From Clostridia bacterium (GTDB lineage: Bacteria; Bacillota; Clostridia; JAAYHZ01): a DNA stretch of 64,000 nt. Below are positions 30,478 to 40,762 of this stretch, piece by piece. A model generated the notes under the pieces. That model had not been told where the DNA came from, did not search any database, and saw only the letters and a list, made by a program, of their open reading frames with translations. The stretch covers positions 288,001-352,000 of the forward strand of contig JBMNIH010000002.1 of NCBI GenBank assembly GCA_050950825.1, read 5' to 3'. The translations under genes and the position numbers were made by a program. How positions within the stretch are numbered: the stretch's first letter is position 1; each line of letters starts with the position of its first letter.

Positions 30478-30505
30478 GAAGGCGGATCGGTCCGCCTTCT
30501 TTTTC
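30478..30505 (+). terminator. Rho-independent terminator
   Basis: GAAGGCGGA-tcgg-TCCGCCTTC followed by TTTTT. Confidence 0.8.
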
Positions 30506-30532
30506 ATGTCACACAGCCACTCTCTTTGACGG

Positions 30533-32578
30533 TTACAACCAAATATCAAAGACGGACACTCCCCCGGGAGTAACACGTCCGACAAAAGTATCGTTTCCGA
30601 TTCTCTTGGGCGGCAACACCGGGTATTTACTCGCAATCTCAATTCTTTTTATTTCCGAAGGAGCGGTAATTTCAGCCCCTACATACCGACGAAGGTCGTC
30701 ATTGATGATGTATAATCGGTATCTTCCGTCCTTCATATTCATGGCCAAGCAAGAAGCTCTCTTTACCTTAAATTGTACCTTCGAGCCGTCTCGAATAACG
30801 GATGCCAAGGCTTGTAAAAATCCTTCGGACACCTTGGCAAACACCATATCTCCTCGGAAGGTGACGGGATCCTGCATCAACATCGGTGCACAGGGAAACT
30901 CGGGACCTTCATCGGGAATACTCAACGACCGATTGACCGTATCTTCGTCAATCTTTTTCAAGTCGAAAGCAAAAACTCCTTCCTTATATTTTGACCAAGG
31001 GTCGGTAAAACAAAGGTCCGGTACGATTCCGAGCTCTTCCGGTTGAAAGCCCTTCATTGCGGAATATGTACAAATGACGGCTCCTCCTTTATATGAAGCT
31101 ATACTCATTTGCTCTTTGCGGGATAACAGATCGAAATCCGGAACAAACAAAGGACCTGAAAGCCCTTCCAAATCCTCAACCCTTGCGGCCGTTACCATAA
31201 CGGCACCGCGTTTGGCCAACTCATAACAGTATTTGTGAGGAGTGTAGCGTCTTTGGGATATGTATTCCGGCAATAGGGCATTCATAACGGAATCCGACCA
31301 AATAACGGTAGGTGCCAATACTTCTTGGGGCGTCTCCTCATACGCTATATCAAACAGCACTTTCAGTCGTTGCCATTCCTCTTTTCGAATTCCGTCCCCT
31401 AAGCAAACCATATAGCCCTTCATGCACCGCTCAAGCTCCCCTTTTTTATTTTGTCGGAAGAATGACGCTAATGTGTAGATGTCTCGTTCAAGCAACGGCG
31501 CCGCATGGTGTAAGATGTCCCATTCCTCGGTGACATCCTTCACTCCCAATAAACAACGGTAATCCGCTTTCGGCGCATAAATACTCATAAACATGGACAT
31601 GGTCATATACTGATGATACCGCCAAATCGGCCGGTCCGTCCGGTCGTTCATGTAACATCCGTTAGGTACGGTCTCGGGTATAAGGCAATCCACACCGGCG
31701 TCAACCAACCCTTTGTAATCCAACCCGTAACGATACATGGCTTCGAAGGGTTCGGAGCACCAAGCATTATTCACGGCAACGATCTTCCCTATTTTGTGAA
31801 TCTTATCGCAAATCTTTTTCCAAAACCCGTTCCACCGCTTTACATAAAATTCGATCCACTCTTGCCTTATGTTATACCAAATATAGTCGCGCCGACGTAT
31901 AATCGCTTCGTCGCTGTCGCAATGAATTTCATTCATGAGTTCATCGGGAAGCTTTGCACCGGTCATCACTAAAAACTGATCGACCATATCGGATGAATAA
32001 TCATATGTCGAAATGCCGGATTGGGGCGGAGGACAAAAGTTATCCGCCGTATGTAGACCCGAAAATCCGTAATCGGAAAGCACCTCGCATACCTTGTCCG
32101 CAAAGTAATCTTCGTAATAAGTTCCGTCCTTGAAGCGTTTTAATACGTGTAGAGAATAAACGGCAACACCGGAAGGATTGGCAATTCGGGTCAATAGCTC
32201 GCGCCGGTCTGCATACCATTCTTTATGACGTGCACTGTTGGTTGAAACACCCATAATACCCAAAAGCGGCTTTATTCCGGCCTTGTTTAAGTGTTCGACA
32301 AGTATTTTTAAATCGATGTTCGTCCAGTTTTGCCTTTCTCTTTCTTCGTTTCTCGGGCTGCCGTAATAGGAGCAATTGTCAGGCGGCAGATGCCGAACAC
32401 GATCCGTTCCGTCATGCAAGTGTACAATATCCGCATGAAACAGGAAAACGGATACGGCATCCGGGATAAACCCCATACGTGAAATCAGCTCCCCTACCCC
32501 CTTGTCGGGCTTATCCCGATCAAATCCGATTAAAGGCATCCAAACCCATTGTGAACCGGCTGCGGTATTTTCACCCAT
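30533..32578 (-). CDS. Hypothetical protein (681 aa), possibly a glycoside-hydrolase-like TIM barrel
   Basis: Long ORF with a strong AAGGAGG RBS, Trp/Asp-rich segments (GFSGLHTADNF, RQEWIEF) and a carbohydrate-gene context. The fold is inferred only. Confidence 0.6.
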   Translation of the reverse strand: MGENTAAGSQWVWMPLIGFDRDKPDKGVGELISRMGFIPDAVSVFLFHADIVHLHDGTDRVRHLPPDNCSYYGSPRNEERERQNWTNIDLKILVEHLNKAGIKPLLGIMGVSTNSARHKEWYADRRELLTRIANPSGVAVYSLHVLKRFKDGTYYEDYFADKVCEVLSDYGFSGLHTADNFCPPPQSGISTYDYSSDMVDQFLVMTGAKLPDELMNEIHCDSDEAIIRRRDYIWYNIRQEWIEFYVKRWNGFWKKICDKIHKIGKIVAVNNAWCSEPFEAMYRYGLDYKGLVDAGVDCLIPETVPNGCYMNDRTDRPIWRYHQYMTMSMFMSIYAPKADYRCLLGVKDVTEEWDILHHAAPLLERDIYTLASFFRQNKKGELERCMKGYMVCLGDGIRKEEWQRLKVLFDIAYEETPQEVLAPTVIWSDSVMNALLPEYISQRRYTPHKYCYELAKRGAVMVTAARVEDLEGLSGPLFVPDFDLLSRKEQMSIASYKGGAVICTYSAMKGFQPEELGIVPDLCFTDPWSKYKEGVFAFDLKKIDEDTVNRSLSIPDEGPEFPCAPMLMQDPVTFRGDMVFAKVSEGFLQALASVIRDGSKVQFKVKRASCLAMNMKDGRYRLYIINDDLRRYVGAEITAPSEIKRIEIASKYPVLPPKRIGNDTFVGRVTPGGVSVFDIWL

Positions 32579-32629
32579 AGTAAAGCCTCCTTTTGTTTTT
32601 CGTCTTCTTTTGAGATTTCGTAATCTCTT

Positions 32630-32747
32630 TCAAAACCTGCGACAAGGTACCTACGTTTTGCTCCCCATCCGTTACGGATGCCGCTTTAGCGTAGCGCTGC
32701 CTTTTGGTAAAGTCTTTTTCCGTTGTACTTAAGATCGCAGGTTTTGA
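32630..32747. repeat. 118-bp element with 13-bp terminal inverted repeats (MITE/REP-like or structured RNA)
   Basis: TCAAAACCTGCGA (32630-32642) and TCGCAGGTTTTGA (32735-32747), flanked by CTT on both sides. Internal hairpin CATCCG-tta-CGGATG at 32666-32680. Confidence 0.5.
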
Positions 32748-32971
32748 CTTGTCTCCGATGCATATCCTTTTATCATTCCTTATCGTTCGTTTTCACATGA
32801 ATTTGCAATCCGTTGCTATCCTTTACTGCGGGACAACCTTTCTCAATACTTGTTCGGATATATTCGATATCGAGAAATCAATAGATGAATTGAAGGAACT
32901 TGCCGTCTCTCCATAAGGTACAAATACGGTCCCGTTCCGCACGGTTCACCTTTTATTAACAGCCGTACCTT

Positions 32972-33904
32972 CTATTCTTCGAAGCAATTGTATTGTGTTA
33001 ACATGTATTTTCCTATCTCGTAGCATAAAGCCACCGTTTGTTTTTTGATATGTAAGGGGACTTCGTGTAAAACGGTAACTTCCTTGCCCTTGTAAAACCA
33101 AGGCTTTCTTTTATGAGGCCAAGAATTATGAGGAAATACAATACGCGTGCTTTCGAAATTAAACGTACCGGGAAATTGAATATCCAACAATCCTTGAATA
33201 ATCGGATCGAAATTACAGGTTCCGAAAAACGGAGCCGTGTGACTATCCATATCGCCTAAATTGTCCGCAATATGAACACCTCTTAGCAAATCGCCCAAAG
33301 CAATGATACTTTCGTATTGGTCCGTACCCTGCATATGAGCATGCCCCGTATCCCAACAAGCATAAAGCATGGGATGATCTACAAACTCGATGTATTCTCT
33401 CATTTCCGTGCCGAACCGAAGATAATAGCCCGGAGTATCTTTATCCGCGCTATTTTCGATTAAAATATTCACGCCGTGTTTTTCCATGTCATCGAAAAAC
33501 AGTTGGTTATATTTTTTATTTTCTTTCATAAATTGCGTCGGCGTTGCTTTCGGCATCATAAGGCTATGCATAACCATATCTTTAATGCCGAGCATGGCGC
33601 ATGCCTCAATGGCCCTTTTTGTCGTTAAGATTAAATTTTGCCGTTCCTCTTCTCCTGCGAAATATCTCCCGTCAGGGCTATGGCATATGGTAAAGGAAAA
33701 GCCCATTTTTTCTGCGGTTATACCCACGGCTTCAATTTCCTTTTTCCATGCATCATCTTTAGCCAAAAACACCGACCCCGGGGTGTTGACCGTATACAAG
33801 CTTAAGTCAAAATTACGAAAACCCGTTCCTTCGAACAGAGCCAGTTGCTCCGCTATACTGTCAGCATATTCGCGAAATTCTGCAGTCGTTGTAGATACTT
33901 TCAT
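32972..33904 (-). CDS. Sugar phosphate isomerase/epimerase (xylose isomerase-like TIM barrel)
   Basis: Motifs IEN, WDTGHAH, HIADN, DSH and FE. Confidence 0.88.
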   Translation of the reverse strand: MKVSTTTAEFREYADSIAEQLALFEGTGFRNFDLSLYTVNTPGSVFLAKDDAWKKEIEAVGITAEKMGFSFTICHSPDGRYFAGEEERQNLILTTKRAIEACAMLGIKDMVMHSLMMPKATPTQFMKENKKYNQLFFDDMEKHGVNILIENSADKDTPGYYLRFGTEMREYIEFVDHPMLYACWDTGHAHMQGTDQYESIIALGDLLRGVHIADNLGDMDSHTAPFFGTCNFDPIIQGLLDIQFPGTFNFESTRIVFPHNSWPHKRKPWFYKGKEVTVLHEVPLHIKKQTVALCYEIGKYMLTQYNCFEE

Positions 33905-33963
33905 TTCTCATTTCCTCCCGTTTTTTTCTATGAGCATAAAAATCGTTTCCTTCACCGCTGTCG

Positions 33964-34896
33964 TTATTCCTCAAAGCAATTGTAGCTTGTTAAAATATGC
34001 TTTCCTATTTCGTAGCATAATGCCACCGCTTTCTTTTTAATATGCAGGGGAATTTGATGCAGGGTTTTGACTTCTTCTCCTTTATAAAACCAAGGTTTTC
34101 TTTTATGAGGCCAAGAATTTTGGGGAAATACAACATTTTCGCATTCATAATTAAAGGTACCGGCATATTGAATATCCAACAATCCTTGCATGACGGCATC
34201 GAAATTGCAGGTACCAAAAAAAGGAGCGGTATGGCTGTCGGCATTCCCTAAATTATCCGCAATGTGAAGACCTCTTAGCAAATTACCCAATGTTACGATG
34301 CTTTCATATTGGTCCACACCCTCCATATGAGCATGTCCTGTGTCCCAACATGCATAAAGCATGGGATGACCGACAAATTCGATGTATTCTTTCATCTCCA
34401 TGCCGAATCTCAGATAGTAGTCTCTTGAATTTTTTCGAGTGCTGTTTTCAATCAATACGTTTACGCCGTGCTTTTCCATATCGTCAAAAAACATTTCGTT
34501 GAATTTTTTGTTTTCCTTTTTAAATTGTGTCGGAGTTATTTCCGGATACGTGACGCTATGAACCACAATATCTTTTATCCCGAGCATGGCGCATGCCTCA
34601 ATCGCCCTTTTCGTTGTCAGAATTAGATTCTGCCGCTCTTCTTCACCGTTATAGAATTGTCCGCTCGGACCGTGACACAAGCAAAAAGAGAATCCAAGCT
34701 TTTCAGCCATGATGCCTACGGCTTCAATTTCCTTTTTCCATTCATCGTTCTTTTCCAAATACAAAGAACCCGGGCTATTGATCGTATACAAGCTTAAGTC
34801 AAATATGCGAAAACCGGTCCCCTCGAAGAGAGCCAACTGTTCCGCTCGGTTTTTTGCATATCCACTCAAATCAGCGGTGGTTGTTGATAACTTCAT
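33964..34896 (-). CDS. Sugar phosphate isomerase/epimerase, tandem paralog
   Basis: Same metal-binding motifs, collinear and highly similar to 32972..33904. Confidence 0.88.
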   Translation of the reverse strand: MKLSTTTADLSGYAKNRAEQLALFEGTGFRIFDLSLYTINSPGSLYLEKNDEWKKEIEAVGIMAEKLGFSFCLCHGPSGQFYNGEEERQNLILTTKRAIEACAMLGIKDIVVHSVTYPEITPTQFKKENKKFNEMFFDDMEKHGVNVLIENSTRKNSRDYYLRFGMEMKEYIEFVGHPMLYACWDTGHAHMEGVDQYESIVTLGNLLRGLHIADNLGNADSHTAPFFGTCNFDAVMQGLLDIQYAGTFNYECENVVFPQNSWPHKRKPWFYKGEEVKTLHQIPLHIKKKAVALCYEIGKHILTSYNCFEE

Positions 34897-35126
34897 TTTT
34901 CCCTCCTTAAAGACAGCCATTAGGTATAAGAACGGGCTGTTCTATCTCCTACATTCGATATTTTACCATTATTCTATCAATATCTTTTATCAATAACGTG
35001 TAGTCCGTTTTTATTTTTTATAAAAATTATGCCGGCTTCCTAAAAAACCATATCTACGTTGAAGATAATAAAACAACCGGTGTGAACACCGGTTTTCCTG
35101 CTTTTAATATATGTTTTTCGCTCTAT

Positions 35127-36152
35127 CTATTTTCTTTTTTGTATTTCTTTCAAAAGATTCAAGCCGTAATGCATAAAGCCTAAATCATTCGGATGAACTC
35201 CGTCCACAAAATATTCCGGCATATTCGGTACCATCTTTAAACCGTTAATGATATGAACCGATTTAAACCGGCCGGCAATTTGCTCTATTTCTTTCCTTGT
35301 TTCATAAAGATATCCCATAGCCTTAGGTTCTCCTTCGCTGCTGCACCATACGGGAGTGATTGCGTAAATTTTTGCTTCGGGATAAAGGGTCGTTAATTTA
35401 TTGAAAAAGCTTTTGCACATTTTTTTGAAATAGTCAACGGAGTCAAAACGGTACCAGTCATTAATACCGTATGCAACGGTTATAATGTCAGGCTTTATAT
35501 TCATATCTTCATCTAGTATTTTTTCATCGAAAATGTCGCCACCGATTCCATGGTTTAACATGTTTATTCCCAAAAATCTTGCCAGCTGTACGGGGTAAGC
35601 CGACGATGGATTTTTTGCGGTCATACCTTGCGTTATGGAATCCCCAAGGCACAACATTGTTTTCTTATGCATGGCTTCATCGGAGCAATGCTCTACTATG
35701 CTTCCGGCTTCCGGTTCGATTGCCTTTATACGTACATCCGCAAGATGCGGCAGATAGATCGTTACTTTTTGCATCTTCTTATCATCTTTAACCTTTCCGT
35801 TAAGATGCCTCCGGCAAAGGTCAAAGGATACGGAATCCGGTAAGCTTTTCACGGGTTCGGCACCGACGGTTTCTATGAAAACATCATCAATGTATAAGTC
35901 AAAATATGCAAAATTTCGGGCAAAAGCCAATGCTTGAACATGCAGCTTTATATACGAAGAGTCGGTAACCAATTCGATACCCACTCCCGAAGGACAATAG
36001 CTTCGTACTCTTCGACTTTCTTCCTTATGGAATTCCGAAAAAAGCTTATCCGAAAATCGGACAGGCCACAGGCTTCCGTCATCACAAATCTTTACATCAT
36101 ACGCATTTTTGAAGTACTTCTTTACATTGCCACTTTTTTGATCCAATAGCAT
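35127..36152 (-). CDS. SGNH/GDSL hydrolase (probable carbohydrate esterase)
   Basis: Motifs GDSITQG, NHGIGG, GIND and DGVHP. Confidence 0.9.
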   Translation of the reverse strand: MLLDQKSGNVKKYFKNAYDVKICDDGSLWPVRFSDKLFSEFHKEESRRVRSYCPSGVGIELVTDSSYIKLHVQALAFARNFAYFDLYIDDVFIETVGAEPVKSLPDSVSFDLCRRHLNGKVKDDKKMQKVTIYLPHLADVRIKAIEPEAGSIVEHCSDEAMHKKTMLCLGDSITQGMTAKNPSSAYPVQLARFLGINMLNHGIGGDIFDEKILDEDMNIKPDIITVAYGINDWYRFDSVDYFKKMCKSFFNKLTTLYPEAKIYAITPVWCSSEGEPKAMGYLYETRKEIEQIAGRFKSVHIINGLKMVPNMPEYFVDGVHPNDLGFMHYGLNLLKEIQKRK

Positions 36153-36360
36153 CCCTATCCCCTCGCTTTATGTTTCGACTGTATTTATTCATAAACCGTC
36201 GTTTTTGTAAGATATCTTTTCACTTTTTCGACCTTCTCCTCATTTTATGATATTTTGCAAATGTCATCAACATATTCTAGTAAAATGATGGATTGTCCCG
36301 ATGTATCATTGTATAATAATGGCGGAACGAAACTATCTTTTAAAATTAAGGGTAACGAAT

Positions 36361-37086
36361 ATGAAAGAGTCAATTTGGCACGGTTTTAAAAGAACGGATT
36401 TTACATTTGAAGGAATGGACGCCATAATCGTATTTCCCGATGAATCAAATAAAACGGATAAATGGCTTTTAAAAACGGAATATTTTAACGCCTTTCCCGA
36501 AGCCGAAATACGGATGGTACAGCTGGGCTGGCATCTTGCGTATGTAAAAAACATCAGTCGCTGGGGCCCGGAAGAGGATTTTGACAGAAAAAAGAGATTC
36601 GCCGATTTTCTACATAAAGAATACGGTTTGTATGAAAAATGCATTCCTGTGGGTATGAGCTGTGGCGGTATGATAGCCGTGTATTTCGCGGCAAAATATC
36701 CTGAAAAAGTATCGGCATTATATCTGGATGCGCCTGTTATGAATTTTCTATCGTGTCCTGCCAATTTCGGTATTGCCAAAGGAGATATGCTGGAAGATTT
36801 TTTAAGAGACCGAAAAATGACTTTATCCGAATTAATTTGCTATCGCGAACATCCCATTGATAAAATTCCTTTGTTAGCGGAAAATGACATTCCCGTTCTT
36901 TTGGTGTACGGGGATAACGATGAAGTCGTTCCGTTCTGCGAAAACGGGAAATGCTTGGTTGATTATTATACAACCCACGGTAAAACCATCGAAGCAATCG
37001 GCAAGAAAAACTGCGGCCACCATCCTCATGGACTTGAAGATGCCAAACCGATTATCGATTTTATGTTCAAATACAAGGATCGATGA
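36361..37086 (+). CDS. Alpha/beta hydrolase
   Basis: GMSCGG nucleophile elbow, GDNDEVV and GHHPHG. Confidence 0.85.
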   Translation: MKESIWHGFKRTDFTFEGMDAIIVFPDESNKTDKWLLKTEYFNAFPEAEIRMVQLGWHLAYVKNISRWGPEEDFDRKKRFADFLHKEYGLYEKCIPVGMSCGGMIAVYFAAKYPEKVSALYLDAPVMNFLSCPANFGIAKGDMLEDFLRDRKMTLSELICYREHPIDKIPLLAENDIPVLLVYGDNDEVVPFCENGKCLVDYYTTHGKTIEAIGKKNCGHHPHGLEDAKPIIDFMFKYKDR

Positions 37087-37130
37087 ATAAAATTAAAAAG
37101 ATAAATTTGCATGAATTAAAGTCAGCAGAA

Positions 37131-37162
37131 AAATATTCGGATGCCGAAACATCCGAATATTT
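37131..37162. terminator. Hairpin between convergent genes
   Basis: AAATATTCGGATG-ccgaaa-CATCCGAATATTT. Confidence 0.6.
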
Positions 37163-37307
37163 GCATTTTTATTACCCTCGGTATGTTTATACCAAGGACT
37201 TTTCCACTCACTAGACTTTTCCAATAAGCAGATCATCTTTTCAATGATATTTATGCAAGCATTATAGACTCTTATTAGTAATATTACATGCGGGATTATC
37301 AAACCTT

Positions 37308-38238
37308 TTATAAAACATAATCGGTTATACAGTCATACCGGTGAACATAGGTTTCACCGTTAATATAGACAATTTCATTTTGCAGCAGTCTTTCACTCCA
37401 CTTTTGTCGGTATTTTTTGTAGGTCCAATCATCTTTATTATATCTTCGCCGGAGCACGGTTCTGCCGTTTTTATCGAGATATGTTTGTGTCATCAAGCCG
37501 CCGGTACAGCTTTCAATGCCAACAACCAAAATGGTATCATAGGTCTTACCTCCGATTATAACCTCATAGCGCCCAACAACATCAAGTGCATCTTTTTCTT
37601 TTGCAGGTTATCCTGTCGCCGTCCGGAGTAACTATGCCTTTAGGCTTGATATGCGTTTCTTTTCCACAGTTATCTATGCCATAACCCCAATTTTTAAGGA
37701 AATCTTCATCTAAAAAGGTATCGGTATGTTTGACATCTCCGACATAATGAGATTCAAGTAAAATCCGGCAGTGTTCTGAAGTTTTGCTTCGCCTTGTGCA
37801 AACGACTCTTAACTGTGCCCAAGGGTATACCTAGCGCTTTTGCAATTTCTTTTTGAGGTTTTTGCTTAAAATAGTAAAGATACGGTATTTGCTTTTCTTT
37901 ATCGACAAGGCTCGACAGAGTTTCGTTAACCACTTCATTTACGGTTAAGCCTACTCGTGAAAATGAAGTTTCATAAAGGATGTTTTCATCAAGCGGCAGT
38001 TCAAGTTCTTTAGCCTTTCCCCGGTAAAAGTCATTGATTTTATTCCCGGCAATAGCGATGATCCAAGGTTTGAATTTATCTTTATTGCTTAACGTGTCGA
38101 AATTTGAGAAGGCCGCAAGATACACTGCCTGCAGAATGTCTTCTCCATCGGTCTTATTATTTACTTTATAGAATACCGGGCGCTCAAGAGCGTTTTACAT
38201 GTGTTTAACAAATCTTCAAATTCTTTTCGCTTATCCAA
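37308..38238 (-). pseudogene. ECF sigma-70 factor with a C-terminal extension, fragmented
   Basis: Region 2 (EDILQAVYL...FKPWIIAIAGN) and region 4 (QKEIAKALGIPLGTVKSRLHKAK). Frameshift near 38195; the extension continues in other frames to ...YDCITDYVL* at 37308. Confidence 0.78.
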
Positions 38239-38685
38239 ATCATCACCCCCATTCTTCATGTTTTACTTGAAACCGGTTTCGTCTATACAAGACGGATTAT
38301 TATATCAAAAGGTTCATCCCGGGAGAAAAAATTTGAGACCATCAATAGCTTTTTATATAAATGCCTTCGAATTCTCAAGCCATGCCATCGAATTTCAACA
38401 TATGAAAAGCCATCTATCTTTACATGGTAATGGGGTTGTCACCTGTGCAGGGAATATCAAAATGATAGAATCGATCATCCCGGAACTAGTGTTAAGCAAA
38501 GAGGAGGAAGATGCCGTTGGTTATGGCTTATAGTAGATATGTTTTGATCCTTACGAACGGAAAAATGTATCTTTGTTCTTGTTTTGGATTAACGATGAGA
38601 TTAAGAGCTTCGGACACTATTAAAAACCGGATACCCTATTTTTGACGCTGTTCTACGAAAATTCCCGGTTATCGTACCGGTCAAA

Positions 38686-39111
38686 TCACTCACTGATTTC
38701 AATATCGACGTTAACTTCTACGTTTCCCTTAATCATAGACCATACCGGGCATAACTTTTCTTCCGCAACTTTCAGTGCTTCTAGAGCGTCGGCTTTAGAC
38801 AACTCCTTCGACTTGATATCCAGTGTTAATAAAATATGTTGAAGCGCTTTCGGGTGTTCTTTACGTACAGTACCTTGTACTTCCACAACAACTCCATCTA
38901 TCTTTTTCTTCATCCTATAACGTAACAGTGATAAAAGTGTGGTGCTTACGCAGGAACCGAAGCTTGCCATAAAAAGCTCCAATGAAGTGTAGCCCTTCCC
39001 GGATCCGATAGGAGGAAAATAGTCAATTATTATCTCCGGATTCTCACGAGCCGTAGCGCTATACATGGTTTTTTCATCGATTGTTTGCATTTTTACAGTT
39101 ATAGTATCCAT
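38686..39111 (-). CDS. OsmC family protein
   Basis: Cys pair in SLELFMASFGSC and LCPVW. Confidence 0.9.
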   Translation of the reverse strand: MDTITVKMQTIDEKTMYSATARENPEIIIDYFPPIGSGKGYTSLELFMASFGSCVSTTLLSLLRYRMKKKIDGVVVEVQGTVRKEHPKALQHILLTLDIKSKELSKADALEALKVAEEKLCPVWSMIKGNVEVNVDIEISE

Positions 39112-39115
39112 AATT

Positions 39116-39688
39116 TCAATCCTTTCTTTTTCTATGGTTTGAATGTGTTGCCACATCAAATATCATATTAATTTCTTCAATAATTTCGCTGTCCGGAATA
39201 TCTTCCTCCAGAAGAATAATTCGCTGAATCATTTCCGTAATAGACCGTGCAATAAACTTTGCCCACTGTACTGAACCGACAATAGAAGCATACTCCTCCC
39301 AAGCTTTTTGGTAGGCTCTCTGTTCCCATTCCATAAGCTTTTTTCGGCACTCATCAAAGCCGTCGCATCTCAGCCACGTTTTAATTGCAAGACGATAAAT
39401 GATGCGTTCGTCCTCCGATAAATGCTTTTTTTGTATGACCTTTTGAATATTGTACTCGATATGTGAAATGTCCTTAGGAAGCTGTGTCCAAAGCCGCGCA
39501 ACCAATTCCTCAAAAGCCACACGGACGACTTCATCGAAAAGCTTCTCTTTATTCTCATAGTAGTAGTATATTGTAGGCATCTTACAACCCGCAAGTTTAC
39601 AGATATCACGTAAAGCCGTACCGTGAAAACCGTGTATATCAAACAATCTTCGGGCATGGTATGCAATTTTCTCTTTCATTGGTTCCAT
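39116..39688 (-). CDS. TetR/AcrR family regulator
   Basis: HTH GFHGTALRDICKLAGCKMPTIYYYYENKEKL. Confidence 0.92.
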   Translation of the reverse strand: MEPMKEKIAYHARRLFDIHGFHGTALRDICKLAGCKMPTIYYYYENKEKLFDEVVRVAFEELVARLWTQLPKDISHIEYNIQKVIQKKHLSEDERIIYRLAIKTWLRCDGFDECRKKLMEWEQRAYQKAWEEYASIVGSVQWAKFIARSITEMIQRIILLEEDIPDSEIIEEINMIFDVATHSNHRKRKD

Positions 39689-39701
39689 TGTTTCACCTTG
39701 C

Positions 39702-39747
39702 TATATATCGTTAGATATATAATATGCCTGTGTTGAATATTTGTCAA
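39702..39747 (-). promoter_or_regulatory. sigmaA promoter with an overlapping palindromic TetR operator
   Basis: TTGACA (39742-39747)-17-TATTAT (39719-39724); palindrome TATATATC-gtta-GATATATA at 39702-39721. Confidence 0.6.
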
Positions 39748-39905
39748 TAAGAACATATAGCCATGATTTCAAATTTGAACATGCCGTACCGTCCACATAT
39801 ACGATAAAGAAAGGCGTTCATGTATTTATAATATGCCCGTCGTTAAACATCTAAAAAAACGCTTGGCGTTCTTTTACGGTAAGTACAATTGCAGACGAGT
39901 ATCTT

Positions 39906-40301
39906 TTATGTGGTTGCTTCTATCCATCTCTCAACAATTTCTCTTATGATTTGACTATTTTCCTGTATTTCATCTAGACTTTTAAATGATGCAACGGCTC
40001 TGTCTTTTCCCTTCCATACTAAAATATCATAATTATCGCTTAGTAATCTTTCCTTCGGTTGCTCCTTAACCTTCGCTCCACGGTGAAATATAACTTGAAG
40101 ATGTTTTTGCGGATTTATTCTGATTGTGATACGATCTTCTCCATTAATACTGTAGTTAGGACCGTTCCACTTAATTCCCTCTGTTAATTCGTAATCCGTG
40201 CTCATTATTATTTTTCTTAAATATTCGATCTCTTCTCTTAACGAATGTTTTAGATTATCTAAAAATGCCGTCACTTCACCGTTTAATTTGTTTTGGCCCA
40301 T
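39906..40301 (-). CDS. DUF1801 (YdhG-like) protein
   Basis: EVTAFL...LRKIIM...EGIKWNGPNY; GGAGG RBS. Confidence 0.85.
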   Translation of the reverse strand: MGQNKLNGEVTAFLDNLKHSLREEIEYLRKIIMSTDYELTEGIKWNGPNYSINGEDRITIRINPQKHLQVIFHRGAKVKEQPKERLLSDNYDILVWKGKDRAVASFKSLDEIQENSQIIREIVERWIEATT

Positions 40302-40639
40302 ATTCTTTCTCCTCCATATACAAAAAGCAATCCGGGTGTTCCGATCCATCAAAATACAGGTATCGTTTGCTGACATATGTACATTTTTTAACTCTTCAAT
40401 TCATCAAGATCCGCTCTAATGCGAGCGAGTTATTTCTTCTTCACTGCTCCGCGTGACATTCCTACAAATCCTAATACCCATATTTAAATAAACCAAGTGC
40501 CTGTCGATGTCAATAAACGATCTTATCATGTATGACGGCCGTAAAAAAAAGAAAGCATAGATGAAAGCCGGTAAGTAGTTGACAGAGAACGTAATTATCG
40601 ACAATGTGCTCCATGTTGTTTCTCGAACGGAAATACGAA

Positions 40640-40698
40640 AAAAGAAAGAAAGAAAACAACCGCCACAATCTGCCGGTATCGGGCAGATTGTGGCGGTG
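40640..40698 (-). terminator. Terminator of the pyrophosphatase gene
   Basis: ACCGCCACAATCTGCC-loop-GGCAGATTGTGGCGGT, with a U-rich tail on the minus strand. Confidence 0.8.
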
Positions 40699-40762
40699 AA
40701 GAGGTGAAATATAGTTTTATTTTGTAAACAGAACAGTAAAAATCGTTCAGCTTGCCAAATTG

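Noticed and set aside
33486-34040. Long antisense ORFs (for example 184 aa here, 170 aa at 59539..60051)
   Set aside because: Shadow frames opposite well-supported genes.
38201-38640. 110-aa plus-strand ORF or possible gene remnant
   Set aside because: It overlaps the start of the sigma pseudogene on the opposite strand and has no RBS or recognisable motif.
40388-40470. Minus-strand fragment GMSRGAVKKK*LARIRADL resembling a sigma region-4 tail
   Set aside because: Too short and interrupted to support a call.
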